DNA from: Candidatus Aenigmatarchaeota archaeon | Lineage (GTDB): Archaea; Aenigmatarchaeota; Aenigmatarchaeia; QMZP01; QMZT01 | Length of the DNA: 64,000 nucleotides | NCBI GenBank assembly: GCA_026397315.1 | Contig: JAPLVC010000006.1 | Coordinates: 1 to 64,000, forward strand | Direction: 5' to 3' | In this document: positions 38,869 through 48,957 of the stretch, one piece after another | Numbering within the stretch: the first letter of the stretch is position 1 | Layout: each line of letters opens with the position of its first letter | Translations under genes and position numbers: made by a program | Notes under the pieces: generated by a model | The model's database searches: none | The model's input: the letters and a program-made list of their open reading frames with translations, nothing else | What the model was told of the DNA's origin: nothing

Positions 38869-39704
38869 AGGAACGCGTAAACGCATTCCGGCAGCTTTTC
38901 GCTGTAACCGCCTTCCAGCACTGCGAATCTTGGCAGGTTGAGACCGGCTATCATTTTGGCGATTTTTGAATAAGTGCCTACGCTAAGCCTCAGCCCGCCA
39001 ATCGGGTCGCCGTCCAACGTGTCGAAGCCCGCCGATATCGCTAGCGCATCTGGCTTGAAATTTTCTATGGCTTCCATCGCAGCTCCGAACCTGTCGAGAT
39101 AGAGCGTTTCTTCCGTTCCTGTGTCCAGCGGGAAGTTATAGCAATTCGCTTCAGAATGCTTGCCGGTTCCGGGATAGAAGAAGGCGCCGAACTGGTGAAG
39201 CGAGACTACTATCACGTTCTTTTTTCCCAGGAAGATTTCCTGCGTGCCGTTGCAGTGATGGACGTCGATGTCGAGAATCGCGACCTTTTTACCGTGCTGG
39301 AGCAGTCTCGAGACGGCAAGCGCGATATTGTTGAAATAGCAGAACCCCTCGAACGTCGCTTTGCCCGCATGATGGCCGGGTGGGCGCATTAACGAGAACG
39401 CTTTTCCTTCCTTGGACGCTATATCAGCGGCCAGCATCGCCGCCCCTGCAGCGAGCTTTGCGTGGTCGTAAATGCCCGGAAGCGCCGGGGTTTCGGGATT
39501 GTAGAACTTGTCGTGCTTTATTTCGTCTACCATCGTCTTGGAATGAACGAGCAACAGTTCTTGCCGCTCGCACGGTTCTGGCTGGACGAACTCGAAGCCC
39601 TTGAAATTCTGCAGGAACTCGTAAGTCCTGCGAACCCTTTCGCTCGATTCGGGATGGCCGGGTGCGTCGTACCCGAGGCATTTGGGCGAGAATATTATCT
39701 TCAT
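38856..39704 (-). CDS. Histone deacetylase family (AcuC/HDAC) amidohydrolase
   Basis: HPES, RPPGHHA, GFCYFNN, DIDVHH.NGT, SAGFD, LEGGY; start MKIIFSP. Confidence 0.9.
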   Translation of the reverse strand: MKIIFSPKCLGYDAPGHPESSERVRRTYEFLQNFKGFEFVQPEPCERQELLLVHSKTMVDEIKHDKFYNPETPALPGIYDHAKLAAGAAMLAADIASKEGKAFSLMRPPGHHAGKATFEGFCYFNNIALAVSRLLQHGKKVAILDIDVHHCNGTQEIFLGKKNVIVVSLHQFGAFFYPGTGKHSEANCYNFPLDTGTEETLYLDRFGAAMEAIENFKPDALAISAGFDTLDGDPIGGLRLSVGTYSKIAKMIAGLNLPRFAVLEGGYSEKLPECVYAFLKNF

Positions 39705-39764
39705 ATATAATACATAGAGAGGCGTATCAAATAATTTAACCCCTGCCCCCAATCTATAGGTATT

Positions 39765-41075
39765 ATGATGGACTTGAGAAAGGTTCACGAGTATTATGCA
39801 AGGGAAGACGTGCAGAACTTCCTGCTGGAATTCGGAAAAGACAGGGAAGTGGTCGGCGTCTTCAGGAACGGCAGTTTCTCTCAGAGGCCTAACGTCGTTC
39901 TCTACCCGAATGACGTTCTCGCGATGGTCAAGACGGGCGTCGTCGAATTCCACTCGTCGCTAGAACGATGGACCCAGCCCATGAGTCTGAAGCAGGACAA
40001 CCACGACCAGCTGCGCAAGGGATGGGACCTCATAATGGACGTCGACTGCGACCTTTTCGAGCACGGCAAAATCGCCTCGGAGGCGTTCATCTGGGGCCTG
40101 CGCAAACACGATATAAAAAACGTCTCCATAAAGTTCACGGGCGGCACGGGTTTCCACATAGGCATACCTTGGGAGTCGATACCAAACGTCATAGACTACA
40201 AACCAGCGGCCTCCCTTTATCCCGAGCTCGCTCGAAAGATGGTGCTATATCTGAAAGATTATGTTTTTGAAAGGCTGGAAAAGAACCTGTTTAAAAAATT
40301 CTCGGCCGAGGAAATGGCACAGCAGGTGAACAAGCCTCTCGGCAAGATACTCACCGACGACGGCCTGAACGCGTACGCGGTGGTCGACGTAGACCCGGTC
40401 CTCATATCTCCGCGGCACCTATTTCGAATGCCTTACTCGCTAAACGCGAAAACTTTTCTCGTTTCGTTGCCCATAGACCCTGACAGGCTCGACAGATTCG
40501 AACGCATGCAGGCGAAAGCAGAGCGCGTCCGCGTCCTGACACCGTTCCTCGCCAGCGACGGTAGCGACGGCGAAGCTGACATGCTCATAGCCGAGGCGCT
40601 GGACTGGAACGCGCGGATGCGCAAGAAGGAGGAGAAACGTCTTGAGCACAGGAACGAAATAACAAGACCCGTCCCTATCGAGCGTTTTCCGCCGTGCGTC
40701 AAAAACATTTTCAATGGTCTCGCAGACGGTAGAAAACGCTCTATATTCATCCTGATGAACTTCCTGCGCTCTTCGAAGTGGACGTGGGACGATATAGAGA
40801 AATTCATAGTCGAGTGGAACAAGAAGAACAGGCCACCGTTGCAGGAGAGCTACATCCGCGGCCAGGTAAGGTGGCACAGGACGAGGAACAAGGAAGTTCT
40901 GCCGCCAAACTGTTCAAATGAGGGATGGTACAAGAACTTCGGCGTGTGTGTGCCTGACGAGAAATGCGCCAAGGTAAAGAATCCGGTCAACTACGCGCTC
41001 CGCGGCATGAAAGAAGATGAAGAGAATAAGGGCAAGCCAAAAAGCAAGGCGAAGAAGCGCGCCCGTCAGATGTAA
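39765..41075 (+). CDS. Fused archaeal DNA primase (PriS catalytic domain + PriL C-terminal Fe-S domain)
   Basis: WDLIMDVD, KFTGGTGFH, RMPYS; then FPPC...PPNC...C.PD..C...KNPVNY. Confidence 0.9.
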   Translation: MMDLRKVHEYYAREDVQNFLLEFGKDREVVGVFRNGSFSQRPNVVLYPNDVLAMVKTGVVEFHSSLERWTQPMSLKQDNHDQLRKGWDLIMDVDCDLFEHGKIASEAFIWGLRKHDIKNVSIKFTGGTGFHIGIPWESIPNVIDYKPAASLYPELARKMVLYLKDYVFERLEKNLFKKFSAEEMAQQVNKPLGKILTDDGLNAYAVVDVDPVLISPRHLFRMPYSLNAKTFLVSLPIDPDRLDRFERMQAKAERVRVLTPFLASDGSDGEADMLIAEALDWNARMRKKEEKRLEHRNEITRPVPIERFPPCVKNIFNGLADGRKRSIFILMNFLRSSKWTWDDIEKFIVEWNKKNRPPLQESYIRGQVRWHRTRNKEVLPPNCSNEGWYKNFGVCVPDEKCAKVKNPVNYALRGMKEDEENKGKPKSKAKKRARQM

Positions 41076-41230
41076 AAGCTTGTCCAGCAGAACTTCCAGT
41101 CGACGCAGTTGCTGAAACCGCCGTTCTCTTTCGTGCAACAATCCCTGCATAGCGGTTTCTGCGTTTTCTTGCACACCACGACTTTCAATGTTTTAGTGCA
41201 TTTTTCGCACGCGCGCTTTTCGCTTTCCAT
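41066..41230 (-). CDS. 54-aa Cys-rich (8 Cys) zinc-finger-like protein
   Basis: Hand-translated MESEKRACEKCTKTLKVVVCKKTQKPLCRDCCTKENGGFSNCVDWKFCWTSFYI. Confidence 0.6.
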   Translation of the reverse strand: MESEKRACEKCTKTLKVVVCKKTQKPLCRDCCTKENGGFSNCVDWKFCWTSFYI

Positions 41231-41314
41231 CAGAACACTGGTGATTTTTAGTTTAGAACTGTAGTTAGTTGGATTACTAATAAACTTAACTGGCTGTTTT
41301 CCAGAAAAAGCTGC

Positions 41315-41434
41315 TTAGCCCCTCTTCAGCTTCTCAAGCCTGACAGAACCGCATTTGGGGCAGACTTTCGTCGCCGGCTCCATTATAACGGGCTTGACGT
41401 CCTTCCCGCACTGCAGACATCTGTATTTTGCCAT
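41315..41434 (-). CDS. 39-aa zinc-ribbon protein (FmdB/Rpo12-like CxxC..CPxCG)
   Basis: MAKYRCLQCGKDVKPVIMEPATKVCPKCGSVRLEKLKRG. Confidence 0.7.
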   Translation of the reverse strand: MAKYRCLQCGKDVKPVIMEPATKVCPKCGSVRLEKLKRG

Positions 41435-41477
41435 GATTGTTATTCGTGCAGACAGAATTTAAATTAGTTCGCTAGCG

Positions 41478-42554
41478 CTAGTCCATGTGCAACTCGACGA
41501 TGTCGCCGTCCCTGAGAAGATGCTTTATGCCGACCTTCTGTCCATCAAATCTTGCCGACGGTCCCCATATGCGCGCGTGGTCAAGATTCCTGGCGAACTC
41601 CCTGTGTATGCGTTCCGCAGCGTCGTAAACGCTCACGCCCTTCTTCATTATGAGCGGCTTTTCCATGTCAGGCGGCTTACCGATTTTCTTCAAGTATATC
41701 CTGATAAGTTCCAGGCGGTTCCATATCGCCTTCTTCATCTCTTCCATACCCTCGCCCTTCAGAGATGAAATTTTCATATAATCCTTCGGAACCGCTTTCC
41801 TCCGCTCGTCCGTCAGCAGGTCGGACTTTGAAAAAACGATCAACACCTTGACATATGCCCTGTTGCCTGATGTCGCATCGATCAGCCTGTCGAGCGTGAC
41901 GTCCTCGCGTATTATGACGTCGGCATTGTGTATGCCGCGCTCGTTCATGATGAGCCTGACCATCTTCTCGTCCACATGCCGCAAGCGTACGCCTGCGCTC
42001 ACTTTAACCCCGCCCCTGTCGGTCTTTTTTATCACGACGTTCGGCGGCTTTTCGTTTAGCCTGAATCCCGCTTCGTAAAGCTCGCGCTGTATAACTTGCA
42101 GCTGCTGCGCGCTTTCTATCATTACCAGAATCAAATCGGCATTCCTTACGACTGAGAATATCTCCTTACCACGCCCGCGACCGGCTGAAGCGCCGGTCAC
42201 GATGCCTGGGATGTCCAGGACCTGGATTTTTGCAGAGTTGTATTCCATTACTCCAGGTACGACGTCAATGGTGGTGAAGTCGTAATCACCGACTTTCGAA
42301 TCCGCGGAAGTTATCTTGTTAAGCAGCGTCGATTTGCCGACGGAAGGGAAGCCAACCAGCAGCACGGTCGCATCACCGCTTTTCTTGACAGAAAAAACCT
42401 TGCCGCCCACACCAGACTTGCTTCCGCTTTCAATTTCCTCTTTCAATCGCGATAGTTTACACTTGAGCTGGCCGACGTGGTATTGCGTGGCCTTGTTGTA
42501 TTTGGTTTTATGTATCTCCTCTTCCACTCTCTTCATTTCCTCTTCTCGGCCCAT
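41478..42554 (-). CDS. DRG/OBG-family GTPase with TGS domain
   Basis: NKATQYH, GFPSVGKS, YDFTT, DIPG, H.L.DGDIVE. Confidence 0.95.
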   Translation of the reverse strand: MGREEEMKRVEEEIHKTKYNKATQYHVGQLKCKLSRLKEEIESGSKSGVGGKVFSVKKSGDATVLLVGFPSVGKSTLLNKITSADSKVGDYDFTTIDVVPGVMEYNSAKIQVLDIPGIVTGASAGRGRGKEIFSVVRNADLILVMIESAQQLQVIQRELYEAGFRLNEKPPNVVIKKTDRGGVKVSAGVRLRHVDEKMVRLIMNERGIHNADVIIREDVTLDRLIDATSGNRAYVKVLIVFSKSDLLTDERRKAVPKDYMKISSLKGEGMEEMKKAIWNRLELIRIYLKKIGKPPDMEKPLIMKKGVSVYDAAERIHREFARNLDHARIWGPSARFDGQKVGIKHLLRDGDIVELHMD

Positions 42555-42593
42555 GTGTCCTCTTTTATTATGGAGTTTTCAGAATTATATTAT

Positions 42594-44240
42594 ATGGCTT
42601 TGCCTATTTTATTCGACATCGGCCTGATTATAGTCATTTCAGCGATTCTCGCATACGTCGCCAAGTTCCTCAGGCAGCCGATACTGGTCGCATACGTGAT
42701 TGCCGGCATTATCGTCGGACCCATGGGTATGGGTATAATAACTAACACGGACGAGATAGCTTTGCTTTCGGAACTGGGCATCGTTTTCCTGTTGTTTTCC
42801 GTCGGACTCGAAATCGATTTCCGCAAGCTCAGGCACGTGGGCTTCGCTTCCCTGGCGGGCGGCGCGATACAGATAGCGCTCATGTTCTGCCTCGGTTTCG
42901 TCGTCGCCGGCGTTTTCGGCCTGGACTCGATGCTTGCCATTTACATTGGTCTGTTGCTCGCCTTCTCGAGCACCATGATAGTCGCCAAGATACTCGCTGA
43001 CAAGGACGAACTCAACACCATGCATGGCAGGATAATGCTGGGCATACTGCTCTTGCAGGACGTCATCGCCATAATCGTTCTTCCGCTGATGGCGAACATG
43101 ACGGCAGTAACGTCGCTTGATTTTACTCTATCCATCACCCTGCGCGGCCTGGGGCTTTTCGCCCTCGCCATAGTTCTGAACAAATTCTTCTTCCCGCGCA
43201 TACTCGATTACGCCGCAGAGAGGCACGAAGTCCTGTTCGTGACGGCGGTAGCGAATTGCTTCTTCTTCATAGGCGCCTCGTATTTTCTCGGCTTTTCGAT
43301 AGCGATAGGCGGCTTCATAGCCGGCATATCGATGGCAAACTTCCCATACAATATCGAGATAGCCGGCGAGGTCCACGCATTGAGGGATTTCTTTTCGATA
43401 CTGTTCTTCTCGACTCTCGGTATGCAGCTCAACTTTATGGTGATACAACATTCACTCCCTCTTTTCATAACGCTCATGCTCTTGCTGGTGATGCTAAAGC
43501 CGGCGCTACTGTCGATGATATATCTCCTGCTCGGATACGGCGGCAGGACGTCCGGATATGTCGGCCTTGGGCTCGGGCAGTCCAGCGAGTTCATATTCAT
43601 ACTGGTCGCCGAGATGCTCGTCATAGGCTCCATAACGCGCGAGTTCTATTCGCTGCTCATAAGCGTCGTCGTGCTTTCGATAGTAATCACTCCATATGCC
43701 ATGAACGCCAGGGGCGGTTTCTACAATCTGTTCTCGCGCTTCAAGTTTTTCAGAGGCCACAGCCTACTGCACCCGAAAAACATCCACGTCATAGAGAACC
43801 AGCCGAAAGACCAGATGGAGGGGCATGTCATAGTTTTCGGAGCGCACAGGATGGGAGATAAAATAATAAAATACCTGGCCAGCATGAAAGAGAAGTTCGT
43901 GGTTATAGAACGCGACCCTGAGATAGTCAAGGAGCTTGGCAGGCAGAACGTCTACATAAAATACGGAGACGCGGAGAACGAGGAGATACTCGAAAAGGTT
44001 GGCCTCGCCAAGGCAAGACTGGTAATACTCACCATACCCTATGCCGACACGTCGTCTTTCGTGATAAGAAGGGCCAGGAGGCTAAATCCAGGCGTCAGGA
44101 TCATAGCCCGTGCCCAGAGCGAGCAGGATGCCGAAAGCCTGTATCTCGCCGGCGCGGACGCGGTCATAATACCCGAGCTCGTTTCGGCGGAGAAAATAGT
44201 CAAGAAAATAGACCATTTTCGTAAAGAGAAAAAACTATGA
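42594..44240 (+). CDS. CPA2 (Kef-type) cation:proton antiporter with TrkA-N/RCK domain
   Basis: LLF.VGLE, SST.IV.K, LLLQD, LRDFF..LFF; C-terminal 'VIVFGAHRMG', 'YGDA'. Confidence 0.9.
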   Translation: MALPILFDIGLIIVISAILAYVAKFLRQPILVAYVIAGIIVGPMGMGIITNTDEIALLSELGIVFLLFSVGLEIDFRKLRHVGFASLAGGAIQIALMFCLGFVVAGVFGLDSMLAIYIGLLLAFSSTMIVAKILADKDELNTMHGRIMLGILLLQDVIAIIVLPLMANMTAVTSLDFTLSITLRGLGLFALAIVLNKFFFPRILDYAAERHEVLFVTAVANCFFFIGASYFLGFSIAIGGFIAGISMANFPYNIEIAGEVHALRDFFSILFFSTLGMQLNFMVIQHSLPLFITLMLLLVMLKPALLSMIYLLLGYGGRTSGYVGLGLGQSSEFIFILVAEMLVIGSITREFYSLLISVVVLSIVITPYAMNARGGFYNLFSRFKFFRGHSLLHPKNIHVIENQPKDQMEGHVIVFGAHRMGDKIIKYLASMKEKFVVIERDPEIVKELGRQNVYIKYGDAENEEILEKVGLAKARLVILTIPYADTSSFVIRRARRLNPGVRIIARAQSEQDAESLYLAGADAVIIPELVSAEKIVKKIDHFRKEKKL

Positions 44241-45058
44241 GGCGCAAAACCACTCGCTCTGCAGAACCAATTCCTTCGCAGGACCAGCATCTCATGACGA
44301 ATCCGGAAACCGTGGACAAATTAGTGGCAGCTGCCGGCATAAAACGCGGAGATTATGTTCTTGAGATAGGCGCTGGCTCGGGTCTGCTGACGGTCAGGCT
44401 GGCGAGAACAGTGGCTAGAATACTAGCGATAGAGATGGACAAACGCTTTGCAACGATGCTGGGCAAGATAGAGGCGGCGAACGTGGAGATAATATACGCC
44501 AACGCCATCGACCTGATTGAAAAAATAAAGTTCAACAAGGTCGTGTCCAACATACCGTATGCCATATGCGAACCGCTCATCAGCAAGCTGATGAAAAAAG
44601 AATTTGAGCTCGCGGTTATCAGCGTGCCAGAGAGCTTCTATAAAATACTCTCTTCAAAACCAGGAGAAAAAACACATTCCATACTTTCGCTTAAAGCGCA
44701 GAGCTTTTTCATCACAGAACTCCTTTTCGGGATAGAAAAAAGCGACTTCTCGCCGCCGCCAAAGACGGAGTCAGTCGCCATATCCATAAGACCGCTCTCG
44801 AAGAGCGACTATGAAAAAAACCCGCGGGCGTTCGTTTTCAGGGAGCTTTTCCTGCAGAAGACGAAGAAGCTTGGCAACGCCCTGGCGGAAGCGCTCATAA
44901 ACACGGGTCGCATGTTTTGCGGAGAGCAGCTAACCAAAAGAACGGCCAAAGCGAAAATAAAGGAAATGGATCTCGGTAAACTGTTGCAAAAGAAAATTGA
45001 AGAGATGCGGCTTGATGATTTCATGGCCGTGGAAAAGAAGCTCAGAATTTCTTCATGA
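44237..45058 (+). CDS. rsmA: 16S rRNA adenine dimethyltransferase KsgA/Dim1
   Basis: DQHL, VLEIGAGSG.LT, VVSNIPY, FSPPPK.ES. Confidence 0.85.
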   Translation: MRRKTTRSAEPIPSQDQHLMTNPETVDKLVAAAGIKRGDYVLEIGAGSGLLTVRLARTVARILAIEMDKRFATMLGKIEAANVEIIYANAIDLIEKIKFNKVVSNIPYAICEPLISKLMKKEFELAVISVPESFYKILSSKPGEKTHSILSLKAQSFFITELLFGIEKSDFSPPPKTESVAISIRPLSKSDYEKNPRAFVFRELFLQKTKKLGNALAEALINTGRMFCGEQLTKRTAKAKIKEMDLGKLLQKKIEEMRLDDFMAVEKKLRISS

Positions 45059-45752
45059 AGGCTTCGTCAGCGGACTGTACTGTTACCCCTTTCTCAGTTA
45101 TCTTGTACGGGTGGAGTTTTTTCGAATGGTCGGAACCGCTCATCTTCCATATCTGTATGGCGCGGTTGAAGGCGAATTCGTTCCTCTCGTAATAAAGCAC
45201 GACCACGCTGTCGGTGACGAACTCTTCTACGCCATAGCGCGAAATCTTGCCCGTGCTGCCTGGGACGATTTCAGAGACCAGAAGCGCCGTGCATCCCAAC
45301 TTGCGCAGGATGACGGAAAGGTTGAATATCATGCGTCGCAGTTCGGCCTTGTCGCGTACGTGGATGCCGAGAGCGGAGACAGAGTCGATTACGACGCGCT
45401 GGGCATTGGTGTCGCGTATGGAGTTCTCAAGTATCTCGAAAACTTCTTCTATGTGATAAGGGTCGTATTTTATGAAAGAGAACTTGCCGGCCTTTTCGTA
45501 AGGCTCGAAGTTTATGCCGAACTGGCTGACGTTGTTCTTTATGCTCTGGGGCATTTCCTCGAACGACAGGTAAATGCCGTTCTCCTTGAACTTGGTCAGG
45601 CCGTTGTATATGTATTGCGTGCATATGGTCGTCTTGCCAGTGCCGCACGTGCCCGAAAGCAGGACGAGCTGCCCTTTCGGTATGCCTCCGTTCATTATTT
45701 CGTCAAGGCCTTCTATACCCGTTTTTATGCGCTCCAACATCAGACCATCCAT
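45042..45752 (-). CDS. KaiC-like / RAD55-family single-domain ATPase
   Basis: TGIEGLDE..GG.P, GTCGTGKT, SFEE, RVVIDS, SRYGVEEF. Confidence 0.9.
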   Translation of the reverse strand: MDGLMLERIKTGIEGLDEIMNGGIPKGQLVLLSGTCGTGKTTICTQYIYNGLTKFKENGIYLSFEEMPQSIKNNVSQFGINFEPYEKAGKFSFIKYDPYHIEEVFEILENSIRDTNAQRVVIDSVSALGIHVRDKAELRRMIFNLSVILRKLGCTALLVSEIVPGSTGKISRYGVEEFVTDSVVVLYYERNEFAFNRAIQIWKMSGSDHSKKLHPYKITEKGVTVQSADEAFMKKF

Positions 45753-45832
45753 GAAAAATTTATAGTGTTATTATTTTTCCGAGGCAGTATATATTGTTAT
45801 TTGTTGCCCGATTCTTAAAAACGATTTTGGCA

Positions 45833-46858
45833 CTACTTCGAAAGCCACCTGTTCAGGCTGTCGCAGCTTTTGGCGCGGTTTGAGCAGATGCGCTCTATGG
45901 TCTTGCCCACGCGCTCTTCAGAGAAATCGAAGTCTAGCATGAAATCCCTGAGCGTCGCCATGTCCGGTTTCACGTGCTTTATTTCCACGTCGCTCACAGG
46001 CGGTTTCATGAAGAAGTCGAATATTTCCTGCGCGCTTGTCTCGTTATCCCAGGTGACGTGGGAAATCACGCCGTCCAAGCTCCCGTGCTCCTTCACCAGC
46101 TTCAGCGCGGTCTTGGGGCCAACGCCTTTGACGCCGCCTGGGTTGTAGTCCGTGCCTATGAGAATCCCGGTTATTATCATCTGCTCGCGGCTCAGGCCGA
46201 GTTTCGCCAGCACTTCCTTTAGCTCGATAATTTCCGGCATGACTTCGACGTAATCCTCCTTGCGCGCGACTTTCCTGCGCCCGCTCACGGTCAGGTTCTT
46301 GATCATCCTGTTCGCTCCGAAAAGCAGCGAATCCCAGTCCTGCGAGCCGCTTGCCCAGACGACTCCGGTGTTTGCCATGTAAGCAGCCTGCGCCTCGCCC
46401 TCGCTCGGTGCCTGAATGACAGGTATCCCCATGAGCTCAAGCAGTTTTTTCGCATCGCTTACCATATCGCCTGTCAGTCTCGAGGTGGCCTGGGCGTATC
46501 GCCTTACAGCCTCGATATCGCCATCGTCCCTCGCTTTCTCGAGCTTCACCTCAGCGTTCTTCTTTATCGCGCTTCTTATTTCGGCAGTCCTGTGCTTGAA
46601 CGCGGGTGGTTTGCCGTCGAAGACGAAGATGGGGTCTATGCCGTTCTCTATCAGGTTGGTCGTGCGGTAGAACAGCCCTGAGAGATGTGAAGTGACGCGG
46701 CCCTTGGAGTCTTTCAGCGACTCGCCTGTGAAGCGGTCGCGTATTATGGAAAGGAACTGGTACATGGTGTTGTAAGCGTCTATCGCTATCATTCGCCCCT
46801 TCAAATCAACAAGCTCTATCTGCCTGCCCGTGACCAGCTCGGAAAGATTCACACCCAT
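45833..46858 (-). CDS. fen: Flap endonuclease 1
   Basis: MGV, IDAYN..YQFL, FVFDG, APSEGEAQ, SQD.D.LLFG, GTDYN.GG..GVGPK. Confidence 0.95.
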   Translation of the reverse strand: MGVNLSELVTGRQIELVDLKGRMIAIDAYNTMYQFLSIIRDRFTGESLKDSKGRVTSHLSGLFYRTTNLIENGIDPIFVFDGKPPAFKHRTAEIRSAIKKNAEVKLEKARDDGDIEAVRRYAQATSRLTGDMVSDAKKLLELMGIPVIQAPSEGEAQAAYMANTGVVWASGSQDWDSLLFGANRMIKNLTVSGRRKVARKEDYVEVMPEIIELKEVLAKLGLSREQMIITGILIGTDYNPGGVKGVGPKTALKLVKEHGSLDGVISHVTWDNETSAQEIFDFFMKPPVSDVEIKHVKPDMATLRDFMLDFDFSEERVGKTIERICSNRAKSCDSLNRWLSK

Positions 46859-46919
46859 GCTAAAAAATTACCTCTGTGTTTAATAAGCGCTAGAAAAATC
46901 AGCTATTATAAACATCTTC

Positions 46920-47261
46920 CTAACAGCTGGAATGAATTATGGCGACCGCTTTCTTTTTGTCAGCCAGGAAACCGTTGAACATCTTCGCCGCCTTGGGCGA
47001 AAGGTCATGATATATCTCGATTTTTTTGTCCTCCGCTGCCTGGGCGACTTCCGCGGGGATTGTGACGTGGCCTTCCATACCAGTGCCCAGAATAATCAGT
47101 TCAGGCTTTTTCTCCAGAAGCTTCAGGAACTCGTTTATGCCGAACTCGTGCGATTTCGTCCTGAATTCGATTTTGCCATCCCACCACACGATCATGTCGG
47201 AAAAATAGGTCTTGCCGTCTATATCGACTTCGTCGAACCTGACATCAGTTATCTTCACCAT
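46920..47261 (-). CDS. Mth938-like domain protein
   Basis: 'PELIILGTG', 'A.KMFN', C-terminal 'IHSSC'. Confidence 0.8.
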   Translation of the reverse strand: MVKITDVRFDEVDIDGKTYFSDMIVWWDGKIEFRTKSHEFGINEFLKLLEKKPELIILGTGMEGHVTIPAEVAQAAEDKKIEIYHDLSPKAAKMFNGFLADKKKAVAIIHSSC

Positions 47262-47307
47262 ATTTTATAATGGCCCCCGTCAGAATAAAAATCACTTTCG
47301 CTGGTCA

Positions 47308-47428
47308 TAGCCCCGGGCGGATTCGAACCGCCGTCAACCGGTTTCCCCCGAATTGGGTTTTTGCTGAAGCTTTTTACTAAAAAGCTTCGTCCAGAGCCGG
47401 TTATCCTTGGCCACTAGACTACGGGGCT
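47308..47428 (-). tRNA. tRNA-Gln(CUG) with 48-nt intron at 37/38 (47343-47390); CCA not encoded
   Basis: Acceptor AGCCCCG/CGGGGCU, anticodon arm ACCGG-CU-CUG-G|A-CCGGU, T arm GGCGG-UUCGAAU-CCGCC; bulge-helix-bulge CUCU/GGGG plus CGAA/UUCG; exons total 73 nt. Confidence 0.93.
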
Positions 47429-47574
47429 GTTGCTGTCAATCTACTGTCGTGGTAATAGTTATAGTGTGTTATTTTATATATTTAGGGATTTACACCAAAA
47501 TATAACGACTTTTAAGTGATAAAATGATTTATAAATAAAAAATACAAGTATTTACAATAGAAAGGGTGAAAGGT

Positions 47575-48957
47575 ATGGACTTCGGTTTCGAGAGTTTCGA
47601 TACCGGTTTTGCGGGCTTTGACGTAGATGTGGAAGACTTCCATATCAGCAAAAAGAAGAAATATGACAGGATATGGAAGGTCGGCGTTGGCGGCAGCGTG
47701 TGCTCCAAGCCGGTCATTGATGGCAATATAGCTTACTTCGGTTCGCTTGACCAAAACGTTTACGCCGTTGATTTGAGAACGGGAAAAGAGGTGTGGAGAT
47801 TAAAGACTAACGGTCTTATCCTCGACTCTTCGCCGTCGCTGCATGACGGAGTATTGTTCATCGGAACTTTCGGTCACGACGTTCATGCCATAAACGCTTC
47901 TGACGGGACTGAGTTGTGGAAATTCCGTACCGGGGCTGAGATAAACTCCAGGCCACTTGTTTTCAACGACATGGTATTTTTCACGTCAAAGAACGGCTAC
48001 ATGTATGCTGTGAGCGAGTCTTCTGGTAAGGAAATCTGGAGATTCAAGACTGGTGCGGAGATGGTTTCAGCTCCGACCCAATATGATGGCAAGATAATTA
48101 TCGGCTCATATGACGGATACCTTTACTGCGTCAGCCTTGATGGCAAGGAAATCTGGAGATTCAAGACCGGCGCTGAGATAGAGAACGACGACCATTTTCT
48201 TATACATGACGGCGTGGTTTATTTCGGCAGCTTCGATAACTACTTGTACGCGGTCGATGTCAGGACCGGGAAGGAGGTATGGCGCTTCAGGACCGGCAAA
48301 TACGGCAACTGCGGGGTGCCGAGGATGCACGGGAATGTCATTTATTACGGCTCAAGGGACGGCATATTTTATGCCATTTCAATGGATGGCAAGGAGCTTT
48401 GGAGATTCAACACGGGAAAAGAGATAATAGACAAGGGTCCCTTGGTCTACAAAAACAAAATCTATTTCGGCGCCGGCGACAACAACGTTTATTGCCTTAG
48501 TCTCGACGGAATGGAACTCTGGAGATTCAAGACGAACGGAGGCGTTTACACGTCAGTCGTTGAACACGGAGGGACGCTTTATTTCGGCAGCTGGGACTGC
48601 CATCTTTATGCAGTTGATGTAATCACGGGCAAAGAAGTGTGGTGCTTTGCGACTAGCTCGCTTACGCCAGCGCCGTTGCCACCTGCATACGAATGCTTTG
48701 AAGTGGAAATCAAAAAAGGCATGCACGTAGATGATGCGATATCCGAAGACAAATATGCCAGCAAAAAACACGATCACGTTTCCCTTTCAAACTACCAGAT
48801 AACGAGCGAGTATTCGACTAAGAGCGAATACAAGCAGAAAAGCGATTACGATGTAAACCTTATCATGTTTGAGGAAACTTTAGAGTGTGAGAAAATATGG
48901 ACTTCGGATTCGAGGGCTTTGAATCTGCCGGTTTCGACGTCGATGTCGAAGAAGTGA
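47575..48957 (+). CDS. PQQ-like 8-bladed beta-propeller repeat protein, copy 1
   Basis: Repeated 'YFGS.D..LYA....G.E.W.F.T'; no signal peptide. Confidence 0.85.
   Translation: MDFGFESFDTGFAGFDVDVEDFHISKKKKYDRIWKVGVGGSVCSKPVIDGNIAYFGSLDQNVYAVDLRTGKEVWRLKTNGLILDSSPSLHDGVLFIGTFGHDVHAINASDGTELWKFRTGAEINSRPLVFNDMVFFTSKNGYMYAVSESSGKEIWRFKTGAEMVSAPTQYDGKIIIGSYDGYLYCVSLDGKEIWRFKTGAEIENDDHFLIHDGVVYFGSFDNYLYAVDVRTGKEVWRFRTGKYGNCGVPRMHGNVIYYGSRDGIFYAISMDGKELWRFNTGKEIIDKGPLVYKNKIYFGAGDNNVYCLSLDGMELWRFKTNGGVYTSVVEHGGTLYFGSWDCHLYAVDVITGKEVWCFATSSLTPAPLPPAYECFEVEIKKGMHVDDAISEDKYASKKHDHVSLSNYQITSEYSTKSEYKQKSDYDVNLIMFEETLECEKIWTSDSRALNLPVSTSMSKK

Noticed and set aside
41315-41434. Calling the zinc ribbon RNA polymerase subunit Rpo12 (rpoP)
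   Set aside because: It lacks the C-terminal basic beta-strand tail of Rpo12 and resembles FmdB-type ribbons equally well
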